A stretch of 63,474 nt of DNA, filler included, from Dugesia japonica (Eukaryota): the NCBI GenBank assembly GCA_001938525.1. It is 5 parts of 5 records of this genome, joined end to end, with 100 filler letters (N's around TTAATTAATTAA, not from the genome) between each part and the next. Parts side by side here need not be neighbours in the genome. Positions count along the whole stretch, not along the records: positions 43,553 to 54,578 come from MQRL01212318.1; positions 54,679 to 63,474 come from MQRL01592319.1; 3 more parts are not named here. One strand, given 5' to 3'. The notes below the pieces were generated by a model, which did no database searches, was not told where the DNA came from, and saw only the letters and a program-made list of their open reading frames with translations. The number at the start of each line of letters is the position of its first letter. The stretch's first letter is position 1. Of the stretch, positions 43,560 to 56,059 are shown piece after piece. The translations under genes and the position numbers were made by a program.

Positions 43560-45159
43560 ATTGTTCCTCCCCATCTGATTTGTTGGATCAGATGTTGGAC
43601 GCGTTACACAGGAATGGATATTTTAGCTCGATCGATTTGGGTTATGCATATTACCAGGTAGAACTAGACAAGGATTCTCAAGAGAAAACCGCTTTTTCGG
43701 CAAAACACGGACAATACTGTTTTACTAGGATGTCATTTGGAATAGCAGCAGCNNNNNNNNNNNNNNNNNNNNNNNNNNNNNNNNNNNNNNNNNATCTGAA
43801 GGGAGCAATGATATACATTGACGATATATTAGTTTTTTCAAAGGATGAAGCGAGTCATTAAATTGTAGTAGATGAAGTATTGAAACGGATAATGGATACG
43901 GGGTTAAGAGTTTATCCAGAGAAATGTGATTTTCTAAAACAAGAAATTAAATTTCTGGGACATATTGTGAGCGCAAATCGTAAATTTATTATAGGTTATG
44001 TGGCTAAATCTAGAAAGTTGGAACAATTTTGCAGCGGTGCGGATAATACGAAATTTATTTGGAATGAAGAATTGGAAGGAATATTTCAAGGATTGAAAGT
44101 TGCGTTAATGTCGGCACTAATACTAGCATTTTCTGACTTGAACAATAAATTTACACTGGATGCAGATGCTAGTTTTGATACAATTGGGGCTGTTTTATCC
44201 CAGACTGACAATATGTGAAGAGAGAGAATTATTGCGTATGGATCACATGCAATGACCAGTCACGAGAAAGGTTATTGTACCACAAGGAAGAAATTGCTAG
44301 CAGTATATTATTTTTGGAATTTTTTCAAGAATTATCTTTATGGGAAGCGAATTAGGCTCAGAACGGACCATAAAGTCATCACGTTCCTGTTAGGAACAAA
44401 GAAACCAGTAACGCCACAATTTCAGACGTGGGTGAACTATTTGAGCAGCTTGGACATAGAGTTGCTTTATAGAAAAGGGGAATTGCACAGTAATGCAGAT
44501 ATGTTATCACGACCTGAGTGTGATAATTGTACTCAGTGTCAGATGTATCATGAAAGTGCAGCAAAAGGAAGATTAAGACAAGAATGTTACAAACCGTAGC
44601 TCCGGTGAAAATCGAGGAAGACATAGATAGAAATTCAGAATGGTGTAATAAGAAAGTATCAAGGATACACAAACTGTTGTGTCACGCTGGGGTAGAAAAG
44701 TCAACAGATTACATTAAAAGACAATGACCAAAGATTAAATGTGGAGACAAGATCAAAGAAGTGATTCAAAGTTGCGAACATTGTCAGAGAACAAAAAATT
44801 GGACGGGCTTGACAAAGAAAGTGGTAGTAAAAACAGAAGCAGGTCTTCCAGCAGAAACACTGTGGATAGATATATGTGGACCATGGAGAGAAACATCAGG
44901 AAAGAAAAAATAAAGTAGGCGAGAAAACAGACGAAAACAACAATAAAGATGACGAAAGGAAGAACATGACTAGAAGACACTTTCAGGTTGGGCAGTGGGT
45001 CTTAGTTAGAAGTGAAAGGGGCAATAAAAATAAAGAAAAATTTATTGAATTTTACCGAGTGATAGAAAAGCGACACGAGATGAGATACATGTTACAAAAT
45101 GAACAGGGAAAAAAGATAGACAGGAATGTGGAAGTTAAAAATTTTCTTAAAAGAGGGGA
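43560..45159 (+). mobile_element. Gypsy pol remnant (RT, RNase H, partial integrase) ending in a polypurine tract
   Basis: FSSIDLGYAYYQV, IYIDD, DADASFDTIGAVLSQ, LRTDHK, HSNADMLSR. PPT AAAAGAGGGGA at 45149-45159. Confidence 0.92.
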
Positions 45160-45472
45160 TGTGAGGAATATATGACAAGTGAAAATTTTTGTTGTTTAAA
45201 TATTCCAAAAAATATATAAAACAGTGTTAATTTTTAAATAGTAATTTTTAGGGTAATTAAGAGTAGCAGATCAGTAGTAAGAAATTATTGTAATTTGTTA
45301 ATTGTTGTAATTACTTGTAACTGTGTTAAGTTTTATTAAATTGTAAATTTTATTCGGTAANNNNNNNNNNNNNNNNNNNNNNNNNNNNNGAAGTTAATAA
45401 ATCTTTGATAAATAATTTTAGTTATTATGTTAGATTCAAATTTAGGAAATCTGGAGTTATGTATGCCTCACA
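45160..45472 (+). mobile_element. Gypsy 3' LTR (~313 bp including an N gap)
   Basis: TGTGAGG...CCTCACA termini immediately after the PPT, with internal TATATAAAA and AATAAA. Confidence 0.85.
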
Positions 45473-45845
45473 AAATATATTACTTGATTAAAATTACTTT
45501 TAAAAAAATTTGATCAAACAAATTAACTGTTTAATTTTTGTTATATAAGATTATTCACATCTTTTATAACTACAACTTAAATATAATAAATAAATAAATA
45601 AAAAACTCAATATAAACTCAATATAATTTAATTTCAGTTTTTCACTAAGATAATAAATTGAAAATATTCTATTGTTACTGTTAGGATGTTTTAATATCCA
45701 AAATAAAAATTTTATTTAATAATAATTGAAGAAATTTTAAATAAAAAAAGAAAGTAATTAAAACAATTAATTGTTTTAATATTGCTATTTTGTTAAAATA
45801 AATTTTCACTAGACTTACTTATTACTTATTAATAAATATTTATAG

Positions 45846-48585
45846 ATGGAAATTGCAGAAAGTATAGCAGTGGCTAACATGGCGTTCCACGCAAGTGCGA
45901 CAAAGGACATGCTCATACAAGCTTGGATGCCAAAAATATTTCATAAAATAGATGGCGTTAAGAAGTTTATAATCGAATGCCGAAAGTATTTTTATGCAGC
46001 AAACGTATTCAAAAGTACCAGAAAACTGGTAATTGTAGGCCTACTTGATGATAAATTGAGGAGAAAATTCGAAAAAACCGATGATGGACATGGTTACGAA
46101 GATAGACTAAGACGTAAAGGATTTTGAAAGCATATTGTCATACAGACGACAAGAAGAGGATGTTGACAGCTTTGGGGAAGAAATTGACAAGATGGTTGAG
46201 TTACTGATGGCATACAACGATAAGGAAGAAATGAGGAAAGAACTTCTTATGCATAGTTGTAATAGGGGCGAAATTAAGAAAAATGTGGTAATCCAAAATA
46301 TTAAAGATTCGGACGGCATTATTACGCTTATGTGAAGCATTGATAGAATTGAGGATAAAGAGTCAATAAATGCAATCCGTCCCAGTTACAGAGGAGCCCT
46401 AATGAACAATAACCAACAATACAATAATTTCAAACGCCGAGAGGATTACCAGACAAGCAGAAATCCAAGGCAGATGGACAACAAACAACAAGAGATATTA
46501 TGTTACGGTTGCAATAAGCAGGGCATATAAGAAAAGAATGCCTATCAACACCCATAAGAAAATGTTTCGGCTGCGGATCAACCAAACACATAAGGCGTTT
46601 TTGCACGAAAATAAAATGCCAAAAGTGTACAATTACTAGATATCGAGCAAATGAATGTAAAATGTCAGAGGAAAGGATTCAACAAATAAGTAGACTGGTT
46701 GAGTGTGATAGACGAAAATGGGGTAATAAAGTGGAGTTAAATGATAAAAGGTTAACACAGAAAGAAACATCAAGACGGAACAATGGACGAAATACTATAA
46801 ACACAGTCAGTGACCAATCACCAAACAGAGAAATATATGAAAACGAATACGATGATGACGACAGATTTGGAAGCAAATACAGTGAAAACAGGCACCCAAA
46901 TTGGAGAGCTCCGTCAGAAGACGAGATGATATGAGCCTTATACTAAACACAATGGAAAGTATTACTCGCAACAGAGCCTGCGCGGTGAATACTGTAAGCG
47001 TTAGTGTAAGAGACGATAGAAGTAAAAAGATAAACAGCGAGGATAAAAATAGAGAAGTGGAAATAATGACAGTTAAAAAATGGAAAAGAGTACAGATATC
47101 AGATATGATAGAATGCAAGGTACCCCCAGTATTGAGATGGAAATTTAAGATAAGCCATTCTATTGTATGTTGGACACAGGAGCGAAAATTAACGTGATGA
47201 GCGACAGAGTTCTTAAGGAACTCAGTAATATATTAATACAAAAAGCAGATGTAAAATTACGATGTGCTAACAATAATATACTGGAAACGCTAGGGCAAGT
47301 GTTGGTTGAGACATCTATCGGACAACAAAGAGAAATGGTTAAAAATACGATAGCAAAACAGGTGTGTCCAGACATCATAGGAGGAATTTAGCTACAGCAA
47401 CAATTCGGCTTTGAGTAACAAAGAAGATCATTGGAAGAAAATGAGACACATTGGTGTTTTAGAAGCAAAATTTGGAAGAGTCATATCAGACGAAAAACGG
47501 GAGCAGCAGGTTTTAAAGATAATTCAATCAAACAAAGAAGCAAGAAAGATAATAGTAGCTAATAGACGAGCCTTCGTGGTTGACGATTGAGATATTGGAT
47601 GCAACATGCTCGTGAAGCATAAAATAATAACGAAAAGAGAGTCAATCAACATAAGGCCATGGCGTTAACTGATAAACTTAGAAGACGAAATTGAAAAAAC
47701 ACTACAGAACTTAGAACGGCATCCTCATGAAATTTAATTCAAGCTGGATTATTCCACTAGTTTGCATATGGAATAAAAAAAAGAAAAAGCTGAGATTATG
47801 CTTAGACTTTTGCCAGCTGAACCAATTATCGGAGAGACAAGCATATCCAATGCCAAACACAGAGGAAATGCTAGATAGATTAAACGGAGCCCGTTCTTTC
47901 AACACAATTGATCTGGGCAATGCGTATTATCACTTGAAATTGGAGGAATCGTCACAGGAGTAAACAGCGTTCTCTACCAGAAAAGGTCAATACTGTTTCA
48001 CGAGGATGCCGTTTCAGATTGCAGCAGAGACAGGCGAATTCCAGGAATTGATGACAAACGTACTGGGAAGCACATCTGGAGCTATGGTATATATGAATGA
48101 TATTTTAATTTATTCGGATAATGGCACGGACCATTTCAAGACGCTGGACACTGTACTTAAAGAAGCAGCAAATGCTAGATTACGTATCAACCCCAAGAAA
48201 TGCAGTCTAGAAGTTTCTAGGACATATCTTGGATGAAAATGGCATCCGAACAGATCCTACTAAAATAGAAAGTAGGAAAGAAAAAACTTCGAGAGGCCAA
48301 ACTGTACAAAACAAGTCAGAAGCTTTCTAGTTATGTGTAACTACTACCGGAAATTTATCAAGGGATATTCTGCAAAAGCCAAAGCATTAGAAGAATTATG
48401 TGGCAGAAACAAAGATAAGCTAATATGGACACCGATATGCAACGAGGCATTTCAAGAATTGAAACAGGCTTTAATAAAACACCAGTGCCAGGTTTTCAAG
48501 ACAGAAATAAAGATTTCATATTAGACACTGATGCAAGTTTTAATAGCATCAGGCCTGTGCTATCACAACTGAATGAGAAAAAGAT
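45846..48585 (+). mobile_element. Gypsy gag-pol remnant (gag with three CCHC knuckles, protease, RT, start of RNase H)
   Basis: CYGCNKQGH, CFGCGSTKH, MLDTGAKINV, RLCLDF, IDLGNAYYH, VYMND, LDTDAS. Confidence 0.92.
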
Positions 48586-48589
48586 TTAA

Positions 48590-48679
48590 AATTAAAGAAT
48601 TTGAAAATGTTTTGGCGAACCAGCTATCATCTGTTCACGAACCATCAGTGGTTCGCGCATCACAGTTTGTGAACCCCTG
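48590..48679. mobile_element. hAT-Charlie-type terminal fragment
   Basis: Ends CACAGTTTGTGAACCCCTG (reverse complement CAGGGGTTCACAAACTG). Confidence 0.6.
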
Positions 48680-49059
48680 ATTTAAATATTAATATTTAAT
48701 TGTTTTTTTAATTTAAATATTTATGAACTATTTTATTTTGTGTTTTGATTGTTACATATATACTGCTTTTCAAAGTTTTGCCCAATTACCGAGTACAAAA
48801 GTGAATATATTTGAAAGTTTTTCAATAGAATTTCTGATAATGCCGCTTGCCGCTTTTGCGGTTAACTCCTTGGATGCAATAGCTTTTCAACGACAGGTTT
48901 ACATCGCCATCTGATTAATGTTCATCATTTGAAAAGAAAGATAAAGAAATCCGCGCAATTTGCCAGTGATAGTACATCTTAAAATCAAAAATTACATACT
49001 ATCCATCAATTTTTGTTACCAAAAAACTTGGAAATTGGAATAAATTGTCACTACACTCA

Positions 49060-52000
49060 AACTTGCTTTCGTACAGAGAATAAAATGGTATCAAAGATGC
49101 TAGTTATTTGTTCAGATAACAAAAAAGTTGAAGAAGAGGTTACTTTGCGGAAACGGCAGAATATAGAAGAAATTGAAGAAACAATAACGTTAGTCGATTG
49201 AGTAGAGAGAAACAGAGATCCGGCCAATGCAGTTAGAAGTTAAGCGAGAGTTTCAAATCAAAATTATCAGAAAACTGTTAATAATATAGTGAATAGACAT
49301 GTAGATCAAAGAAAGGAAAAACGAATTATTGAATGTTGGTTATGTCAAAAGATCGGTTATAATTAAGCAAATTGTCCGACGAAAAAAGTGTTAGAGTGTT
49401 GGACTTGTCATAAAAAATGGCATATAAGTCAATATTGTCCAAATAAAAAACCAACAAATGCTTTGGTTGTGGAAAGGATGGCCAAATTAGAAAGTTATAT
49501 GAAGAAGTGAGGTATAAACGATGTGTAAATGCTGTCATAGGGCAAGAGTACTGCATAAATTTGAAAATGAAAAGAATAAGTGAGAAATTTATGACTGCTA
49601 GCAGAATAAGAAATCAATATAGTCGAATACGTGCGATTGCAGATGAAGATGTCAATACAAACGATGCATATAAGGCAGTGTATGAAAGTGATTCGGAAAA
49701 GCAGTGCCCAAAGGTCAGGGCTCCATAAGTAGAGCAGTTTGTTGGAGACATCCATTATTAAAAAAAGTTAATGAATATCTTCAAAGGATAGAAAATTGGG
49801 ATGATATCGGGAAAGTTACAGAAAAAGTATACGAGTTCTTAGAACGGGAAAATTTTGAGGATGATACAAAAGAAGAATGGGTTGGAGCAATTGAAAAAGA
49901 AAAGAAAACAAATATTTTGTATCATAAATTCCATGGCAGACCAAGTGTTACGGTATCAATTCAAGGAAATAAAGTTGAAAGTCTATTAGATGCAGCGGCT
50001 CAAATTAACGTTATGACTTTGAGTTGTTTTAATAATTTACAAGACCTACATTTAGAAATGAGTGATGAAAGATTACGTTGTGCAAATAATAGTACATTTG
50101 AAATTGTTGGGAAAGTTAGAACTGGAGTGATAATTCATGAAGTTTGCAAAAATATTACTTTCTTAGTTAAAAGAAGAGTGACACCAGATCTGATTGGATG
50201 AACAGATATGCAGAAGACCTTTGGATACCAGCTTGTATAAAACGTCTATAGTAAACCGGATGAAAAAGTTGAAAATTACATTATTAATATTAAAGCAAAA
50301 TTTTGGAAACAAATTAAAAAAGAAGAGCGATTGACAAGAACCTTAAATACTTTGAGGATGAAAGACGTTGAACAGTTATTGAAAATAATTAGAAGTAAAG
50401 AAGCTGTTTTTATGGGAGATAAATAGGACGTAGGACTCACACATCTGACAAAACACAAAATAACTACAAGTGGTGAACCAATCAATTTAAAACCGTACAG
50501 GCAACCAATGAACTTAGAGGCCAAAATTGAAGAAGCTATTCAGAACCTTTTCGAGAATAATATTATCAGGAAATGCAACTCTCTATGAAATAACCCACTG
50601 ATTTTTGTTTGGAAAAAGGAAAAGAAGGACATAAGAATATGTTTGGATTTTAGACGATAGAATGCAGTAACAAAAAGGCAAGCATTTCCGATACTTAACG
50701 TTGATGAAGAAAAATAATTCAGTTCAATAGATTTTGGGAAATTCATACTATCAGGTCAAGCTCGAAGAAGAATCTCAAAAAAACGGCGTTTTCAAGGAAG
50801 CATAGACAATATTGTTTTAATAGAATGCCATTTAGTATCGCAGCTGCATCAGGTACATTTCAGAAGATGATGACAAAAATGGATGACGGAATCAATGGAG
50901 CCATTTTTTATCTCGATGAAATTTTGAAATTTTTGAACAATGAAGATCGACACTATGAAATAATTGACAAAGTATTGACGAAAATAATGTAGGCTGGTTT
51001 AAGAATTAATCCAGAAAAATGAGAGATTCTTCAAAGCGAAATCAAATTTGTTGGACACATAATTAGCAGGGATGGTGTCAGAACTGATCCGTCTAGAATA
51101 GAAACAATAAGAACATTTGGGAAACTTAATTGTGTGAAAAAAGCTGCCAAGTTTCTTAGGAATTTGTAATTACTACAGGAAGTATTTAGAAAATTATGCA
51201 AGAAAGTCAAGGATTTTAGAACAGTTGTTTAGCGGACCAAGCACCAAGAAATTAGAATGAACAGATGAAATAAACGATACCTTTGAGAGTCTGAAGAAAG
51301 CGCTAATGACTGCGCTTACATTGTGTTTTCCAAACATAAACAAAGAATGTTTATTAGATACAAATGCCAGTTTCGATACAATCGGAGCAGTATTGTCATA
51401 GAAAGATAAAGAAGGAAGAGAAAGAGTTATTGCCTATGGATAACACTCAATGACGAGTCATGAAAAGGGATACTGCATTACACGAAAGGAGTTATTGGCT
51501 GTGTATTATTTCTGTATTTATTTCAAACATTACTTGTACAGTAGAAGATTTACTCTTAGAGCAGATCATAAAGCTCTAATCTTTTGATGATGACGAAGAA
51601 ACCATTCACATTACAGTTCCAGACATGGATTATTTATCTGAGTAGTTTAGACATGGTTTTAGAATATAGCAAAAGAGTTCAACATAGTAATGCAGATATG
51701 TTATTTAGACCAAGATGTGAAGTATGTGTACAGTGTCAAATGTCACATGAAAATGCCAAACAAGGAAGATTAAAACAAGAATACTGAACACAATTGAAAA
51801 AGAAAAAAAAGACCAATCAACGATTTCTGAAGAAATTATATAATCAAGAAAATTAAAATTCCTATCACAAAATTCATGAAACAATAGAAGAAATACACAA
51901 ATTATTATGTCATGTAGGATTTGAGAAGGTGTACTTATATATGAGAAATAAATATATCGCAAAGAATTTGTGGAGCTAAATACAGAAGATAGTTTAAAGT

Positions 52001-52578
52001 TGTGAAATTTGTCAGAATACCAAAGTAATGATGACAGCAACTAAAGATAGGACAAAGAAGTTAGAAGCTACAGATTGGTTTGAAGTTATATTTACTGATA
52101 TATGTGGGCCAATTCGAGAAACAAGTGGACAGAAAAAATATATTCTTGGAATAATAGACCAGTACAGTGAATATCTAGTTCTTGTAATAGTGCCTAAACT
52201 AGACGAAGAAAAAATACGAAAAGCTAGATATTAAACTTCACTTTTTGAGTCCCTATCATCACAATGCAAACGGAAAAATTGAGAGACAGTTCAGGAAAAT
52301 TCGAGATTTAATTAATGCAACACTTCAGGAGAGAAGGACAACAGATTGGGTAGATATTTTACCCGAAACACAATTTACGATGAATGCAACAAAGCAGAAG
52401 ACGACTGAAAAGAGCCCAGCTGAGATCATATTTGGAAAGAAAATTAGCAGAGAAGAGTGATACGAGTCAGACGTTTCAGAGAGAAATAAGGAAAAAATTT
52501 CAGAAGTGACTACTAATAGAGAATTCAAAGTGGGCGATTTTGTACTCATCAAGGTAGAAACAAGAAATAAAAGCCAAG
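49060..52578 (+). mobile_element. Near full-length but degraded Gypsy gag-pol, interrupted in the integrase C-terminus by an LTR insertion
   Basis: Gag knuckles, LLDAAAQINV protease, RT (FYLDE), RNase H, integrase (TDICGP, SPYHHNANGKIERQFR). Confidence 0.92.
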
Positions 52579-53560
52579 TGTTGGGGTGAAACACCCATTA
52601 AAGAAGGAAAATAAACCCAAATCGGCAAAGAAGAACAGCAGGGCATTATAATGCCCATAAAGAAAACCAAAAAGAAAAACAATCATGATCAGGGAGGTCA
52701 TAATGGAAAAAACCAGAAAAAAAATACAATGAGAAACGGATACGACAAACCATATAAAATAAAATTAACCTATATCAATACTGAAATTAAAAAGAATTAT
52801 TAAATTCACAAGAAAAAATTAAGAAAACATTAAAGAAAAATAATTAATTAACAGAAAAATATCAATTAATTTTGAATTAAGAAAGAAGGAAAATTAGTTG
52901 AAAATCCGTTTTACCCGAATAACTTCGCTCCAGAAGATCAGAAAGAATCCGGGTAAGAAAATACAAAAAGAAAATATCAAGACGCATCGAAGATGCCAGG
53001 AAGAAAAAACTCATCACCATCCAGAAGTTTGCTGCAGGGTTTTCTTAATCGGGCCCATAAGAACTCTAAAAATATAATTAAAACAAAGACACAATTGTCA
53101 TGTGTCACTCTAAAAATAACTGCCAATTGCGGCACCAAAACTCAAAGAAAATTCTAGAAAATTGGCACTGGAACCAATAAAATCAGAAAATTTCAGTCTA
53201 AAAATAACCCACGAATCTGGAAGAAGTTGGGGTGCGCAGAAAATCCTATATAAGAACCCCGGAAGTTTAGAACAACAACAACAAAAATTTCTTATACGAT
53301 ATTGTTATTGAGTGATTTACGTGAAGTAACTTGGTAAAAGAAATCACATTAGAAACCTTTTCAAGCAGGATCGAATACTAAATTGATAAGTTTAAATTGG
53401 TAAGATCGAGACCACTGATAAGTTAATTAATCCGAATCATTACTAGAATTAAAGAGGAAATTAGTTCAACTACTCTAGAAGACCAATTTTCAATAGAAAT
53501 CGTTAGCCAGTTTGCCTGAAATCTACTCTCGTGTCAGAAATTAACCCGTTGCAGAACCAG
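52579..53560 (+). mobile_element. 5' part of the TGTTGGGG LTR family, truncated before its ORF
   Basis: Starts TGTTGGGGTGAAACACC and is colinear with the reverse complement of 42384-41389, including CCAAT, TATA and TTAACCCGTTGCAG. Confidence 0.82.
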
Positions 53561-56059
53561 TCTAATTGATAACCGAGTAAGGATTTGTTGTTCAAGATGT
53601 GTGCTATTTAATGAAAATGTTAATAGTAATTTAATAAATAAAATTTGATTCTATTTATCAAAAGTTTTAAATTAATTTTAGAAAAACATTAAATAGGAGA
53701 AAGTACACCAAATGTTGCGTCGTGTACCGATAATTCTCTGTAGACCTATGACCTTAATTATGCACACCTCACTTATAAACAAAGTACACAACTGATAGCC
53801 CTTGTTTCGCCCTGCATTGAAATTCACATAATAACTGAACCACTTCATTGGCAGTAAATTCTGGAGCATCTTTATTATATAATCAATTAACATCCGACAT
53901 AATTTCGTCAGCACTAGTCTTATACACCTCGCACTAACTCGTTTACAATGCATGCCTACCACGATATCCTCACACACGGAATACAGCAATCACCAGATCG
54001 CAACTATATGAGTTAAATTAATTCGTAATTGGTTTAACAACCTTAAAAGTGTTGTCAAGGGAGACATAAATAATCATGATTCAAATAATATTGTTTTATG
54101 AATATAATTTTTTATTGAACATGAATTTTTATTCAGTTATGCTTTTAGGATAGCGCTATTTAAAATCAGACCAAACTTTATCTATAAAATGGAATCGTTT
54201 TTTCTTCGAAATTGCAAAACCAAATATTCCGGTTTCAAAGGTTGTGAATAAATATCTATAGGAAATAACTGATTTACGTTGAATTGTATCAAAATTTTTA
54301 AAATTTCCGTCTAAGTCGTTTTATAAATTTGATAAGAAAAATATGAAGAGTATCGTTAGCGGAATGTATAAAATTATTAGAACAAGATTTGGTGTAGATC
54401 TAACAGTGTATAATAATTTATAGAAAATTTGTATCTATTATGATGTAGATTTTGAGATTAATGATGTTACCAAGAGTATGGCAAAATATCAAGTTGAGTG
54501 CAATAAAAACATTTTCGTTAAAAATATTATTCTCATAAAGGAGAAATGGTGGGAGCAGAAAATTCACTTAAAAGTGTTNNNNNNNNNNNNNNNNNNNNNN
54601 NNNNNNNNNNNNNNNNNNNNNNTTAATTAATTAANNNNNNNNNNNNNNNNNNNNNNNNNNNNNNNNNNNNNNNNNNNNTCTCTTCATTTTTAGATTTTTC
54701 ATTAAGTAGAATACTTATTTTCTTTTTTTTATTGAGATAACGTATTTCTTTATATTTGTCAAACGTTTCCTGATATACTTTATTAAGAGGAAAAGGTATA
54801 GGTTTATTTAAACCAAGATAACCGTTTTTTGATCCCGAATACTTTTGCGTTAGTAGAAATATATGCAAAAAGAAAAATGTTGCTTACAAAATTACATCCA
54901 CCTTTAGAAACATATCAAATGGAAAGAAATTGGAAAGACAAACATAAATTTTCATCAGAACAACATCACATTACATGGAAACCATTTGGAAAAGACTAGA
55001 TTTCTACACTTCACATTAAGAAATATTAATCAAAGAAAATAAATATAAAATCAATATAATTTATAATAATTAAAATAATTTACCAAATAAAATACAACAA
55101 AAATAAACAAATTCAATATTATTTCTATTTACCGTGAATCAATCATTAAGTTAAAGTTAATTGTAGAAACATTAAATAATTAACAAACAAAGAAGAAAAA
55201 CAATATTTTGATCGAAGCTTTTAATTTAATTAAATTTAATTTATTTAATATTTTTTTTCAAATAAATTAAATAAATTAAAATTGAAAATATATTTTATAT
55301 AAATAAATTTGTAATAAAAATTATTTGAAAATAGTAGATTTTTAGAAATATAAGTTAATTTTCAAATTATTTTGGCTACGTATGAAATATGTATTTTTTG
55401 AATAAACAAAATAAATAAATCGTTATTTTGTTTTAAATAAAATTAATAATCTATATATAATCCTTTACTGCCAAATATTATTTATTTATTAAATTATTAA
55501 TTATTAATTAAAATAATAATTGAGTTTCTTTGATTACTTTTACAAAAATTTATTTCATCGATAATATAATTTAATTTTAGAAAGCAAGAAAACCAAAATT
55601 CGAAGTAAGATTTATTTATAAATAAAATTATTAATGAAATATTTTGTTTAGTAAATCAGGGTGTACTATTTTATAATGGGAGATTTATTTACAATTGAAC
55701 ATAAGAAAAACATTTTATATATTTTTTAAAATTAATTAAATAATTTTTGAATCAACTTTTATTTTATTCTTTAATTAATTCTCTAATTATAATTTAATTG
55801 AATCTCTAATTTAAATTAGTTATAATTTAATTAATTGTCAACATGTCATGTGTAATTATCATTTTATTTAATCGCAGATATTACAACGCTTCTATCACTT
55901 TCTTTCTTTAAATAGTTTTTGAATTAAACAATATTTTAAATGAAAAATTATAAGTAGTTTAAAAATTAACATTTAAAAGTAAAATATAATTTGAAACTAC
56001 ATTTAAAGAGTTTTTCTTAAAAATTAAACATATTAATAAATTATAATTAAAATTAATTT

